Of a DNA stretch of 64,000 bases, positions 1 to 13,771 are shown piece by piece (position 1 is the stretch's first letter; each line of letters begins with the position of its first letter). Below the pieces are notes generated by a model. The model worked only from the letters and a program-made list of their open reading frames with translations. It did no database searches and was not told the DNA's origin. The stretch covers positions 214,341,741-214,405,740 of the forward strand of contig CM041465.1 of assembly GCA_023213395.1 (NCBI GenBank), read 5' to 3'. The position numbers and the translations under genes are program-made. Source of the DNA: Cycas panzhihuaensis. Taxonomy: Eukaryota; Plantae; Cycadophyta.

Positions 1-1463
1 GGCTAATTCTAATTACTAATTCATTTGTTAGTCACATTACATGAGATGATAGCCTTGTTAATTAGATCAGAACCTAAACTCTTATCATCACTTACTTCAT
101 CCTATTTATCCTTGCCTTTATTCTTATCTTTAATATCTTTAAAATCATGTTGGGGTAATGGATCTTTATGGATGAGTTGCTCATGGTTTAGTCTCGACGT
201 TGGATTATTGGAAGATTGAGGCTTTTGGCTTACGGATTGAACTACTCAACATTGAATTCTATTATGATTATGAGTCTAATGATACAAATACAATGGAGTC
301 TTCTTCATTATAGGTACAGGAAGGGGATTCTAATACTTCTTTCCCTCATTAAGATGAATGATCTTAGTTTATTGACTAGGTTGATTATAAAGAGAATTTT
401 TGATATGCAACTTGGTATTTATAGTACACTCAGGTGCTCTGATAGATAAAGTAAGATGATAATAAGTTTGGTCAATATGGCTTAACTTAGGTGATTTGAT
501 TAACTTCTCTATTAGAATAAACTTAATGATCTTCTTAATACTAGCCTAAATTTTGAAGGCCCAGAGATCTAAACACTTATTAATAGCCTTTTCATAAGAT
601 TGAGGACCAAGCTTTAAGACTTCAAAATATGTGTGAGTTCTTAGAGCATTAGTTAAGAGATCAAAGAGGAGACTAGGATCAAGGGGAGAGTGATAAGCAT
701 GAACTAGGTCCAAATCATGATTATATTTAATTAATAACAAAGTTTTAATCCCAATCTTGAAAGGCCTAGCAATAACAAAATAGCTAATACATAAATCATT
801 TAGTTATTAAAAAGAGAATATTGAAACAAAAGGGAGATGGTAAAACCATTTCAATGTATCACCTTAAAGTGATCTAGGGAATAACCACATCATAACATAA
901 TTATAAGGCAAGAAATTAGAATATGTAAGTGTAAAATCTTATACATACAAAGCAAGACCTTGAGAATACTAGCCCAAAAACTTTAGAAATTTAAGTAAAA
1001 ATGGGGGCATAGATAAAAGGAGGACCTTATAGAAAATGAGACCTCATATAGTTAACAAAAGACCTCCTTAGCCTTGACATAGAAGGATGTTGAAGAGGAG
1101 GTTCTTGATAAGGAAAAGAAGTGATGGGTGGATGTTGATCAATATGATAAGGGCAAAAAGATGATGGATAAGTGGGATTAAACCATATAATAAGGTTAAT
1201 ACTAGCATTTATTTGAGAAATAAGGCATTGTAGGATTAAAAGGTTATATTGAAGAGGAGAGGTGGTGTATTAAGAAAAAGGCCTAGGAGTGAAAGATGTA
1301 GGCTTCTTAATAGGTCTAATAGTTTACTGGTGATAGGTGTGTTAATCAAAAGAAACATGGGGATGAGAACCTTAAGTATCATGCCTAGAATATGGGGGTG
1401 ATAAAGGGATATGTCCCTTATAAGGAGAAGAAGGAGGGGGTTTTGCAATATATGTGGTATTCT
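1..1463 (-). pseudogene. gag: Ty3/Gypsy (Tat/Ogre-like) gag remnant, element Gypsy-1, part downstream of the Copia A insertion
   Basis: Minus-strand translation at ~780-990 gives KFLKFLG..LFPRSL*GDTLKWFYHLPFVSIFSF (Retrotrans_gag-like) and DPLPQH at ~145-165. ORF 546-740 resembles gag ORF 57913-58110 of element F. Many stops. Confidence 0.75.
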
Positions 1464-1960
1464 TGATGAGAAAATATAACTGCAGAAGCAATGTAATAAT
1501 AGAACTTTAAACCATACAAAGAATAAATAACATAAACAAATCAAGGACTTAACAAAGAATATTAGGAGATTCAAGTCTAAGCATAAAACTTTTATTAATC
1601 TGAGTAATAGCTAAAGAATTACAGAGATGAATAAACCCCAACTCTTCACCTCAACTCATCCATAATCATATCATCATGTTACATGTGCCATTACATAAGA
1701 ATATATAGACACAACATTATAAGATACCACCTTGTGACTTTACAATACAATGGGCATAAACCATGGGCTGATAAAAAAACCCCATAAGACATCTAAAAAA
1801 TTTTCTTAGGGGCTCCTGCCCCTAAACCCCCACCTGGGGCCGCTAGCCCCCTAGACCCTCGACCTGGGGGCCCTACAATAGGCCCCCAGACACCACAAAG
1901 GGGCTCAAGTGTAATGCCTATACCCATGTAACACTTACAAAGTATTCAACATATCTAACA
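1464..1960 (-). repeat. 3' LTR of Copia A
   Basis: Direct repeat of 6069-6567; TG...CA termini; adjacent PPT reads CAAGTGAGAGAT on the minus strand. Confidence 0.93.
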
Positions 1961-2005
1961 ATCTCTCACTTGTTGAACACTTTACAAGAAAACCTACACA
2001 CATAA

Positions 2006-5000
2006 CTACTGAATGCTAAAATCACAAACACCCATTATAATTCTACACCATTTAAATTTTTCAATGCTAATAATCTTAGTCAATGAGTTTGTAGCATTCT
2101 CTTATATAGTAATCTTCTACAAATCCACCTTGTGATCTTAAACTATTTCCCTCACAAAATGGAACTGTACATCAATATTCTTCAACCGAGTATGAAAAAT
2201 GGGATTCTTTGCTAGGTAGATTACACTTTGGCTATCATAATCTATCCTCATAGCATCTTGCTTAAATCCAATATCTATGCATAATCTCTGTAACCAAACT
2301 GCTTCCTTGCATGCATGAGTAGCTATCATATACTCTGCTTCTATGATAGAAAGTACCACAACTTATTGTCTTTTACTCATTTAATTGACTATTCCACCAC
2401 AAAGGGTTAAAACATACCTACTTATAGATCTTCTACTATCAAGATCTCTAGCCCAATTAGCATCAACAAAACCTCTCAACTTCACTACTCTATACTCCAT
2501 GGGATCTCATTGATAGCAAATTCCATAGTCTGATATACCTTGTAAATACTTGAAAATCTTTTTCATAGCCATCTAATACTCCTTGCCTAGGTTTGATATA
2601 TACCTGCTAACTACTCCCACTACATGGGCAATATCTAGTTGAGTGTAAACCATTGCATACATCAGGCTACCAACAACACTAGAATAAGGGACAAATGCCA
2701 TGTATTCAATTTCTTGGTGTGTCTTTAGGCATTGTTTAGCTAATAATTTTAAACCAGCAAGAAGAGGAACATTAACTAGTTTACTATCTTATAATCTAAA
2801 CCATTGCAATATTGTCTCAATATACCATCTTTGGCTAAGCTAAATCTTCCTATTTCTTCTATCCCTTTTAATCTCAATGCCCAAAATAAAATGTGCAACA
2901 CCAAGATCCTTCATCTTAAAGTGAGATGTCAGTTAGTCTTTCACAAGTTGGTTCATTCCTTTATTGTTATCAACTAAAAGTATGTCATCTACATATAAAG
3001 CCAAAATAACAAAACGATCACCAACCTACTTATAATAAACACAATAATCTGCTTTGCTATGCACAAAGCCATTTACCAATATATGTGAATCAAACTTTTG
3101 ATACCACATACTTGGTGACTGTTTCAAGTCGTATATTGACTTCTTCAACTTGCACCTCATATGCTCTTTTCTTGTAACTTCAAACCCTTCAAGATGCAAC
3201 ATATAAATTTCTTTCTCAAGGTCACTATGAAGAAATATAGTCTTCACGTCCATTTGATCCACCTCAAGGTCATAGGTAGTTTCTACAATAAACAAAAATC
3301 CAATTAAAGCAACTTTTGTAATAGGAGAAAATACCTCACCAAAATCTATTCCCTTGACCTGGGAATAGCCCTTTGCTACCAAGTGAGCCTTATACTTTTC
3401 CATAGTACCATTTGCCTAGAACTTCTTCTTGAAGATCCATTTGTTATCAATAGGTTTTATGCCATCAGTTAGATCCGCCAAATCCCATGTATTATTTTTA
3501 TCCAAGGCCATCATTTCTTCTTGCATGGCCTTCATCCAGAGTTGGCTCTCTTTTAACTCTAGAGCCCTCTAAACAGTACCTGGATCACCATTTGTAGTAG
3601 ATAAAATAAAATAAGAGTGACGAAAGTCTTTAGGAATATACCTGTTAGGCTGTCTTCTCTCACGAGTTGATCTCCTCACGATGTAGGGTTCTTGAACTTG
3701 AGCTACCTCTATAACTGGTTCTTCCTCTTCAGTTGACTCATATTTTAATGCAGAATCTTCATCCCTTACTTCAAATTGTACCTTCTTAGAGTGTTCCTCC
3801 TTTGGTTCTTCATCCTGTTTTAGAGGCTTGAACTCCTCTCTAAAGACAACATCATGACTATACATAACCTTTTATGTTTTAAGGTTATAAAGCTTATATC
3901 CTTTAACACCATCATCATAACTAATGAAAATAGTCTTTTGTTCTTTGAAATCAAGCTTAGTCCTTTGCTATCTAGGAACATGCACAAAAGCTTCATAGCT
4001 AAACACTCTAATATGACTAAGAGATGGTTTTAACTAGACTGTACTTCTTTAGGTGTTTTATATACTAAAGCAGTTGCTAGTGATCTATTTATTAGGTAGC
4101 TTGTAGTCATCATAGCCTCTATTTAGAATTTCTTCGCTAATCTAGTAACATTAAGCATACTCCTCAATCTCTCCATCAAGGTCCTATTTATCCTTTCAAC
4201 AACTCTATTCTACTATGTTATATAGGAAATTATCTTTTGCCTTGCTATCCCACACTACTTACAAAACTACTTAAACTTCTTTGAGCAAAACTCACCTCCA
4301 TTATCAGTCCTCAGTACTTTGATCCACTTGTCACTCTCATTCTCGACCAAGGCCTTAAATTCTTTGAATTTATTGAAGACTTCATATTTCTTCTTAAGAA
4401 AGTATAGCTATATCTTTCTTGAGAAATTATCTATAAATAAGACAAAGTATTTGGACCCACCCAATGAGGGTATATCAATACGTCCAAAAACATCATTATG
4501 TACCAATTGTAGAATACCCTTTGCTCTCTTCGAGCTTGAAGAAAAACTGACTCAATTCTATTTGCCATACACACAATGCTCATAGAAATTAAAATCAAAG
4601 GAGCCATTAATTCCATAGATGTCTTCTACCATACCTTTAGAGAATAAATCATAAAGGCCTTTCTCTCCAATATGGCCCAACCTCTAATGCCACAACATAG
4701 TTTTACTAGCAAGTGATATTTGATTCTCACCTTCATTATGGCTACTTTCTATAATAGCTAGACTGTAACTTTTAGCACACACCATACTTGCATCAAACTT
4801 GTATAGTGTTCCAAATTGGACCCCTCTTACTAACACCAATGCTCCTTGAACTATTCTGCAACTATCTTTATTAAAAATCACTTTTATTCCCGCATCACCC
4901 AATTAACTAACAGATAATAGACTCATTGACAAACTAGGAATATGACTCATATTAGGGATAGTTTTAACCCTTCTATCCCCAAATCAAACCTTTACCCTTC

Positions 5001-5982
5001 CATGACCTATAATTTTATATGGGTAATGATCTTCAAGAAATACCTTACCTCCATCAATCCTTGTGTATTCACAAAACTAGTCCCTATGGGGAGTAACATG
5101 AAGCAAAGCACCATAGTCAATTAACCAAGACTCAACATTTGACAACTTACCTAAGGTTACCAAATAAACATCACCATCGGCTTCATCAAAGGCTTTTGTT
5201 ACCGTGGAAGAAGTAGCTTCAAGTGACTTTCCCTTATCTACCTTGACTCAACACTGGCTCTTCATATGGCTAGCCTTCTTACATCTCTAGCATACCAAAG
5301 ATCCTTTACTTGGAGATTTGGATTTTCCTAGAGATTTTGGCCGTCTGTTCCTAGGCCTTTGTTGGTCGCAATCCAACATTTGAACTCTCGCTACTAATGC
5401 TTCTTTCGAATAATCCTTAGAAGATTTTTACCTTATCTCTTCTAATAGCAGAGGAGAAACAAGATCATCAAATTTTAGGGTGGAAGTAGCCATGCTACTA
5501 ATCATCATCATAAGATTATACCAAGAATTAAGAAGTGAACATAACAGGGTAATACACTTGTCTTCTTCGGATATTGTTACCCCAACTAAAATAAGTTGAC
5601 TCACCATAGTATTAAATGTAGTGAGATAATCTACAACTGCATCTACATCACTCATCCTAAGTGAATACATATTTTTCTAAAGAAATAGCTTATTAACCAG
5701 GGACTTTGTCTAATACAAAGCTTCTTACTTTCTCCACAGATCTTTGGCCATAGACTTCATAGTAATATTTAACAATACCATGTCTAAAAAGCATAACCTT
5801 ATTGAATTGATTACCTCTTGATCTAGCTTCTTCCAGTCTTCATCATCCATAGTCATAGGATTTATTCATACTATAGCAATCCACTAATCCTTCTCTAAAA
5901 GGATATCTTCCATCTTTAGTTTATACGACTCAAAGTTTTGGCCATTAAACTTTTCAATCTCCATCTTTGTAGTGCTTGCCAT
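2006..5982 (-). pseudogene. Copia gag-pol polyprotein pseudogene (A)
   Basis: Starts MASTTKMEIEKFNG at 5982. ORF fragments: 5428-5670 (gag), 4684-4902 (pre-integrase ..LWH), 3026-3403 (RT KYKAHLVAKGY/QMDVKT), 2138-2359 (RNase H EAEY..KNP.FH.R.K.IDVQFHF). Many stops and frameshifts. Confidence 0.93.
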
Positions 5983-6055
5983 GATCTTTGCACTCAAGTT
6001 CACTTCATAAAACTCCCACTTACCAAATGGCTTCCCACAGAACTAAAACCCTTAT

Positions 6056-6066
6056 CTCTAATACCA
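6056..6066 (-). promoter_or_regulatory. PBS (tRNA-iMet) of Copia A
   Basis: Minus strand TGGTATTAGAG, a decayed TGGTATCAGAG, 2 nt inside the 5' LTR end. Confidence 0.85.
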
Positions 6067-6068
6067 AT

Positions 6069-6567
6069 TAAAGAGAAAATATAACCACAGAAGTAATGTG
6101 ATAACATAACTTTAAATCATGCGAAGAACAAATAACATAAATAAATCAAGCACTCAACAAAGAATACCAGGAGATTTAGGTCTAAGCATAGACGTTTTAT
6201 TAATCTGAGTAATAGCTAAAGAATTACATAGATGAATAAACCCCAACTCTTCACCTTGACTCATCCACGACCATATCATAATGTTGCATGTGCCATTACA
6301 TAAGAATATATAGACACAACATTACAAGGTACTGCCTTGTGATTTTATAATGCAATGGCCATAAACCATGGGCCGACAAAAAACCCTCATAAGACACCCA
6401 AAATTTTTTCTTGGGGGCTCTCGCCCCTAAACCCTCACGCGGGGGCCCGTTGGCCCCCTAGACCCCCTAGTTGGGGGCCCTACAATGGGCCCCCAAACCC
6501 CACAAAGGGGCTCAGGTGTAATGCTTATACCTATGTAACACTTACAAAGTGTTCAATATATCTAACA
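6069..6567 (-). repeat. 5' LTR of Copia A
   Basis: Repeat of 1464-1960; abuts the PBS; inner terminus is TA instead of CA. Confidence 0.93.
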
Positions 6568-7740
6568 ATTTTGATGTGAAAAGAATAAGGATTTCCTTAA
6601 TTAGAAACAGAAGTATGAGAAGAAGGGTATGGTAAGCCTTCGCCATATGCTAGAGAGGGTTATGGCCCTCCATTATATAAGAATTAATGGGATCGGTTAG
6701 CATAAAGATAGGAATATAATAATGAGATGGTGAGTGTAATATTTACCCCACTCTATTATAAAGATGATATGATGTTATATTCTTTAAAATGCTTCCTCCT
6801 TTATTTTATTTCTTCCATTTCTCTTCACATTTCTCTATCTTAAATGCTTAAATGATTAGTCATGTAATAAAGGGATATGTTTACTAGATAATAGGACATG
6901 TAAACTAGAATTGGGCTACTTGTATTTAGGAATAGAAGAGGGTCCTCTACCTAGTGAGTGAGAAGTGGAAGCCTAATAAGTGAAATAATGCTCTTGAGTA
7001 AAACTCTCAAGAGAAACATCATAAGGAATGGAAGATATTAGAGTAACCTAAGTTCCATCTCATATGGGATAAACTAGTGCATGGGATTAGGAGTGAATAA
7101 ACTAAGTATCAACTACCTTATTAGGTGGGATAAGAGGTGCCTTAGGAGTAGGCCGATGAGAAGGAACATGTGAGTATGGGACATTCATCATGTTAGAAGG
7201 CTAAATATATAAAGATTGTTGTTCTTACATAAAAGTATTGAATTGTTGATGGTGATATTCAAAAGTTGGATTGGGAGATAAAGCCATAGTATGAGTGTTT
7301 TGATGAAACAAATCATGGTAACCATGGATAGGTATGGAAGAATGAATTCTAGCAAGCACATGTTTAAAGTAGGGGTAAGCAACCTGATTAGGTTGGGTCT
7401 CTTCTTATATGAAAGAAGAAGTATGAAGAGAGGAATTACCTAGTTGTTATTGAGGCAAATCAAGATAACCTTTCTTAATAAGGACTTCATGCAAATCATC
7501 AAGTTCCTCAAGAGGATAGATATAAGTTTGATATGCTTGGTGCTCAGAGTAATCATCATGAGTTAGATAAGCCTCATGAATGGGATATGTTTCTTGATAA
7601 TCAAAATAAAAAGGGATGCTCATTTCTTTAAACATCTCCTAAGTTGAGTGTGCAAAGGGATTTCCATAAGAACGGAGGTATCAAAAGTCATAGAGTAAAA
7701 GCCGTAGGTCTAAGATGTGTAGATAGGAAATTTTGGTAAC
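6568..7740 (-). pseudogene. N-terminal Pro/Tyr/His-rich gag region of Gypsy-1 (upstream of the Copia A insertion)
   Basis: Lies between a PBS-like site (7742-7759) and the gag core at 1-1463; composition resembles 56600-57600 upstream of gag in element F; contains ORF 7447-7635. Confidence 0.55.
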
Positions 7741-7741
7741 T

Positions 7742-7759
7742 TCCCTAGTATGGTCACCA
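7742..7759 (-). promoter_or_regulatory. Candidate PBS of Gypsy-1 (Tat/Ogre type)
   Basis: Minus strand ...AAACCA ttttc TGGTGACCATACTAGGGA, resembling a deaminated TGGCGAC...CTGGGGA-type PBS. Confidence 0.6.
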
Positions 7760-9084
7760 GAAAATGGTTTACTGGCTTTAGACCAATCATAATAGGGAAA
7801 TTAAGATGAATGGTCTAAAGAGAAAGCCTTTTCAACCAACTCCTAAGAAGGAGTTTTCACCCACTTATGAGTGTATTCTAAATTAAGGAAATAATTTTAA
7901 TATAAGAGAAAATAATTTGTATACATAAAGAAACTAAACTAGATCTATGTCTAACAACAAAACAAATCTACATGCAACAACTAGGATGTATTGTTCATTT
8001 GCATGAAAATATTATACACCATGTATATAAGCAAAGACAAGTAAGAACATAAGAGGCAAGGGAGATTTAGGTACCTAAGTTATACTTATAGTTATCTTAC
8101 TACCTACTCTTTTACTTCTTTTTCTACTAGTTTAGGTATAATCAATATAATATAAAAGAGTAAAGATATGGGTAATCATACAATTACAAACTTAAATCTA
8201 AGACCCACTAAACCAAATCTTGCAAGATGAAAATTTTTCTTTTCTTATGTATGTAAGTGCAACAAGTAAATGTAATCAAAGCAAATGAGTGGAAAACTAA
8301 AAGATAATTCAATTTGCTTCATTTCTCTTGTTTTACCTTTTCTAATAAATTTTGAGATTAAGAAAATAGATGTATACATGGTGATAAATTTTATAGCAAA
8401 ATGGCTCCACTCACTTGGTGTTCCTCCTTGTGCTAAAATAGAGTTGAATGATAGAAGAAACAAAACATAAGTGTTGCAATAATTGAAGAAAAAATATAAT
8501 ATTTCTCACATCAAATCCTTCAAGCAACTTAAAATGATCTTCAACTAATATATAACTTGAAAATAACCTTTGCATACAAGGAAATAGCTATCTCACTTAA
8601 TAACTCTCTCTAATTTCTAATTCTATCTCCTCTTAAGAGTCTAGGAATCAATATACCAACTCTTTGTAGGGCCAAAATCATTAAGAATTAGGAGTAAGAG
8701 AGAATTAGAGAGGTGAAATCACCAAAATAAAAGGATTAAAATACTTCTAGAAAGCAAAATATACCATTCAATCATGAAATTTTAAAGATGATGAGATCTA
8801 ATAATAAGAATAAGAAAACTTTTTTTTTTCTTCATTTTTGTTTCCTTTTTTAAAACTCAACTAGTAAGAAATCCAAATAATATTACCTCAATGATGATTG
8901 AAACCAATGGTAGATACCTTAGAATGGTGCCATGTTTCTACCCAATATTTATCATCAAGTCCTCAAGGCCATAAGAATGGCAAAAGTGATGATAAAAGTA
9001 TTAGTAGAGAGGGTGAACTAAATAAGTAAAACTAGTAGAAGTTATACAAGATTAATTTTAGTAGATGAATAAGTATGTAGATAT

Positions 9085-9728
9085 TGTTGGATATTGTGAC
9101 AACAATAGTTTGAGGCTAAAATTTTGGCATGTTGGTAGGACAATTTCCCCCCTAATATTTCTCGGGGGGTTCCAAGGGGGGCGACAGCCTCCCTTAGCCG
9201 AGGGGTGCGGAGATGGTGGAATGCCCCCTACTAAGAGGGGGTTCGGGGGTGATAGCCCCCGACCCAAAAAATTAGCCCTATAAACCATATTAAATTGTAA
9301 AGAGAATTAGGGTCATTCGATATAAATACCCTAGATTCTATGGCTGAGATTTATGCCTTGGATGACCCTCTCATGTAGCCCGATTTAGGGCTTTTCTTAA
9401 TATGTTATATGTAATGTAATGTACTGTGATGAGGGCGGTGGCTAGTTGTTATTCTAGAGAGCACTCTACTACTGAGATGTACTTTTTCTCCATTCTACAA
9501 CAATAAAGATCAATACCTTTCTTGTGTGGATGTTTCCCTATCACACTACTAGGGTTTTACCATGTTATATCAGGTGTATATGTGATGTTTGGCTTTCATA
9601 TTCATGTTATTGTATTATCTCTATTTTCAGAACTTGCATATTAAATTTTAGTTTCGATTCCTGTTACTAGTTGCAAAATAGTTCGAATCTTATGGTGATT
9701 TAAGGTTTGGGACCTTGTATTCTTAACA
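9085..9728 (+). repeat. 5' LTR of Copia B
   Basis: TGTTGG...TAACA, 644 bp, direct repeat of 13772-14416; TATA-like TATAAATA at ~9321 and AATAAA at ~9502. Confidence 0.94.
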
Positions 9729-9797
9729 AGTGGTATTATAGCCACTTTTTTTTGCAGGGAGTTTGTAAAGGTTTTAGTGTTGGCTTTTCTACTCCAA

Positions 9798-12700
9798 ATG
9801 GCGAAACTAGAAAGTGTAAAGTTCAAGGTGAGAAATTCAATGGCAAGAACAACTTTGAGTTATGGAAGTTAAAAGCATATGATATTCTTGTATAGTAGGG
9901 TTTATGTAAAGCCCTTGTAGGCAAATCGAAGAAACCTATAGATATGGACGATGATAAATGGGATGATTTAGACAAAAAGGCACATAACACAATACGACTG
10001 TGCTTGGCAGATGAAGTCTTGTTTAACATCGTAGGGGAGTAGATAGTAGCAGGATTATGGACTCGGTTGGAAGGCCTGTATATGACCAAATTAGTAACAA
10101 ATCAAATCTACCTGAAGAGGCAACTGTACTTATTACAGATGAAGGAAGGTATAAAAATTACTTACCATTTAAATATTTTTAATACTCTTATTTGTCAGTT
10201 GACTAGTATCGATGTTAAAATTGAGGATGAGGACAAGGCTATTACCTTGTTATGCTCATTACTCGAATCCTGGGATAATATTGTCATCTCAATTAGTTTT
10301 AGCACTACATATGATTTGGAATATGATTCTATTGTGAATGCTTTGCTAATGGAAGAAGTGTGGAGGAAGTCTAGTCTTGAAACCTCCACACCAGAAGCTA
10401 TGACGGTAAGGGGTAGAACAATTGAGAGAGGACAAAACTCTAGGGATACATCGAGGTCCAAGTCAAAGAGAAAAAAGAGTAAGATCAGATGTTGACACTG
10501 TAATAAGATAAGTCACCTCAAGAAGGATTGCTTCAAAAGGAAGGAGTTCTAGAAAAAGGAAGATCCTACCAAGGAGGCGAATCAGGTGGAGTCAAATCAA
10601 GGTATGGATGATGATGTCTTAGTTACTTATAATGTTTCTCATTATCACCATGATTGGTTATTAGATTTAGGTGCTTCACACCACATGTGTCCACACAAGA
10701 GTTGGTTCTCATCATACCAACCTCTTGATGGTGGTGATGTGCTTATGGGAAATGAAGTTTCTTGTAAGACAATGGGTATTGGTAGTATTAGAATTAAGAT
10801 ATTCGATGGGGTAGTGAGAACATTAATTGAGGTTAAACATGTACCTAATCTGAAAAGGAATCTAATTTTCTTGGGTGAACTAGATTCAAGTGGTTTTAAG
10901 CATACAGGTCATGAAGGAGTCCTAAAGGTATCAAAGGGCACCTTGGTTGTTATGAAAGCCTTAAAGAATGGAAACTTTTACATATTAGTGGGAAGTATAG
11001 ATGTTAGCCATGTAGCTATAGCATCAAAGATTATAGAAGATCCATCTCAGTTATGGCATCAAAGACTTGGGCACATGAGTGAGAGAGGACTTAAGGTGCT
11101 AATAAATCGTAAGTTACTTCCTAACTTACAGCTTTCAGATTTGGCTTTCTGTAAACATTGTATTTTTGGAAAGCAGTGTAGACTCGGGTTTAAAGTAGGG
11201 AGTCACACTAGTAAAGGCATTCTGGATTACATACATTCAAATGTGTAGGGACTGGCCCCTAAAATGTCTTGTGGAGGATCATTGTACTTTATCACATTTA
11301 TAGATGATTACTCCAGGAAGGTATGGGTCTATTTTTTGGAAAGGAAATCTGAAGTGTTTAGTGTGTTTAAGCAGTTCAAGGCTCTAGTTAAGAACAACAC
11401 TGGTAAGATAATCAAATGTTTAAGAACTGACAATGGAGGTGAGTTTAAATCTTTTGAATTTGAGAACTATTGCAGAGAACCTAGGATTGAAAGACACAAG
11501 ACCGTTAGCTATACTCTATAGCAAAATGGCATTGCTAAGCGCATGAATAGGACACTCTTAGAAAGAGCAAGAAGCATGCTAAGTAATGTAGGAGTGGAGC
11601 AAGGCTTATGGGTAGAAGTTGTTTAAATAACTTGTTATCTGGTAAACAGGTCACCATCACTTGTAATAGATTACAAGATTCTTGAAGAGGTATGGACTGG
11701 ACATCCATGTGATTATTCAAATTTAAAAGTTTTTGTTTGTGATGCTTATGCCTGGACTGATAAAAGTAAATGTTTAAAGTTAGATCCAAAATCTAAGAGA
11801 TATATCTTTGTTGGTTATGGCAATAAGGATGGTGTGAAGGGATATAGGTTGTGGGATCCTACTACCCACAAAATCACCATTAACAGAGATGTTGCATTTG
11901 ATGAATCTCTCATTGTAAAATCAGATAGTGGAGAAGTTAAAATGAAACAGGAGAAGCAAGCTGAACATCAACAAGTCAAGTTTGAAATGCAGCCATCTGT
12001 GGAATTAGAAGAGTAGGAAGATCTTTCTAAAGATGAATCAGCAACAGATTCATAGGAGTATGTGAACACTCCTTTGCCAACAATTAGAAGATCTACACAA
12101 GTTAGTTATTCACGTGATAGGTACATCCCTTCTATTTCTATTACTTTGGTTTCTAATGATGGTGATCCCACATGTTATCAAGAAGCAGTAGATGATATCG
12201 ATGGTGAGAAGTGGAAAAGGGTTATACAGGAAGAGATAGATGCTTTGAAGAAAAATAATTCACAGGACTTGGTAGAACTTCTACATAGCAGGAAGACTAT
12301 TGGTTGTAGGTGGGTTTTTAAAAAGAAAATAGATGTTGATGGAAAGGTTGATAAATATAGGTCAAGACTGGTGGCTAAAGGTTTTACATAGAAAGCAGGT
12401 ATTGACTTTCATGAGATCTTTTCACCAGTTATCAAACTTGCTTCAATTCAAGTGCTGTTAGCATTGGCAACTTCTCTCGATTTGGAGTTGGAGTAGTTAG
12501 ATGTAAAAATAGATTTTCTACATGGATATTTAGATGAGGAGATCTATATGGATCAACCAAAAGGGTTTATACAAGATGGCAGGAAAAGACTTATTTGCAG
12601 GCTCAGGAAATCATTGTATGGCCTGAAGCAATCACCCAGGCAGTGGTACAAGAAGTTTGATGCCTTCATTTAGAGCTAAAATTTTAAAAGAAGTGAGTAT

Positions 12701-13726
12701 GATCATTGTGTTTACTTTAAATTTATGGACAATGGCTTATTCATTATCTTGGTATTATATGTTGATGACATTCTAGTTGCAAGCAAGAGCATGGAAGAAA
12801 TCAATAAGCTAAAGGCTCAATTGGCTAGGACTTTTGATATGAAGGATTTAGGAGCTATAAAATAAATATTAGGCATGGAGATACATAGAGACAAGAAAAA
12901 TGGTAAGCTATGGTTATCACAGCAGAAATATGTGGAGAAGGTGCTAACCAGGTTTGGTATGGCAAATGTGAAACCAGTGTGTATCCCATTGGCTTGCCAC
13001 TTCAAGCTTTCTTCGAATATGAGTCTTAGTAGTGAATAAGAAAAGGTTTATATGTCTCGTGTGCCTTACACCAGTGCAGTAGAAAGTTTGATGTATGCCA
13101 TGGTATGTACAAGACCTGATATTTCACATGCAATCAGTGTAGTTAGCAGGTTTATGGCAAATCTAGGAAAGGAACATTGGGTTACAGTGAAATGGGTGCT
13201 TCGGTATTTGAGAGGCACAAGTGACTACTGCATCACCTTTGGAGGTACATGTAATCAAGTTTGTGGATATGTTGATTTAGACTTTGTAGGAGATTTAAAC
13301 AAAAGAAGGTCTACTTCAAGTTATGTTTTCACTCTTGCAAATGGTCCAGTTAGTTGGATGTCCAAATTATAGAGCACAATTACATTGTTAACTACAGAAG
13401 TTAAATATGTTACTACAACATATGCTTGTAAAGAAGCAATCTAATTATAGGGTCTATTAGTTGATCCTGGAAGGAGACAGGAAAATGTAAAGGTATTTTG
13501 TGATAGTCAAAGTGCCATTTACTTAGCCAAGAATGCAACTTATCATAGTAGAACAAAGCATATTGCTCTTAAGTACCATTTTGTTAAACAGGTTGTGGAA
13601 GTAGGTGGAGTGGCACTTGAGAAGATTCATATAAATGAGAATTATATTGATATGTTCATAAAAACAGTACCATTAGAGAAGTTCAAATGGTGTTTGACTT
13701 CTCTTGGCTTACAAAAAAGATGTTGA
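9798..13726 (+). pseudogene. Copia gag-pol polyprotein pseudogene (B)
   Basis: EKFNGKNNFELWKLK (gag), WLLDLGASHHM (protease), LWHQRLGH..CKHC and [17 protein letters not shown] (integrase), YVDD at ~12758 (RT), RNase H to ~13726; premature stops throughout. Confidence 0.95.
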
Positions 13727-13771
13727 AGGGTCTAGGAAAGGTACCAAGTAAATTATTGTCAAGGTAGAGAT

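Larger units (their letters stand above)
1464..6567 (-). mobile_element. Ty1/Copia LTR retrotransposon A (Tnt1/Tork-like), full length, degenerate
   Basis: Paired ~498-bp LTRs 1464-1960 and 6069-6567; PBS 6056-6066; PPT 1961-1972; TSD ATTCT (1459-1463) / ATTTT (6568-6572); gag-PR-INT-RT-RH order on the minus strand. Confidence 0.96.

Noticed and set aside
9058-9288. Pro/Gly-rich ORFs at 9058-9288, 6355-6579 and 50626-50961
   Set aside because: They overlie the GC-rich LTR module, where stops are rare by composition.
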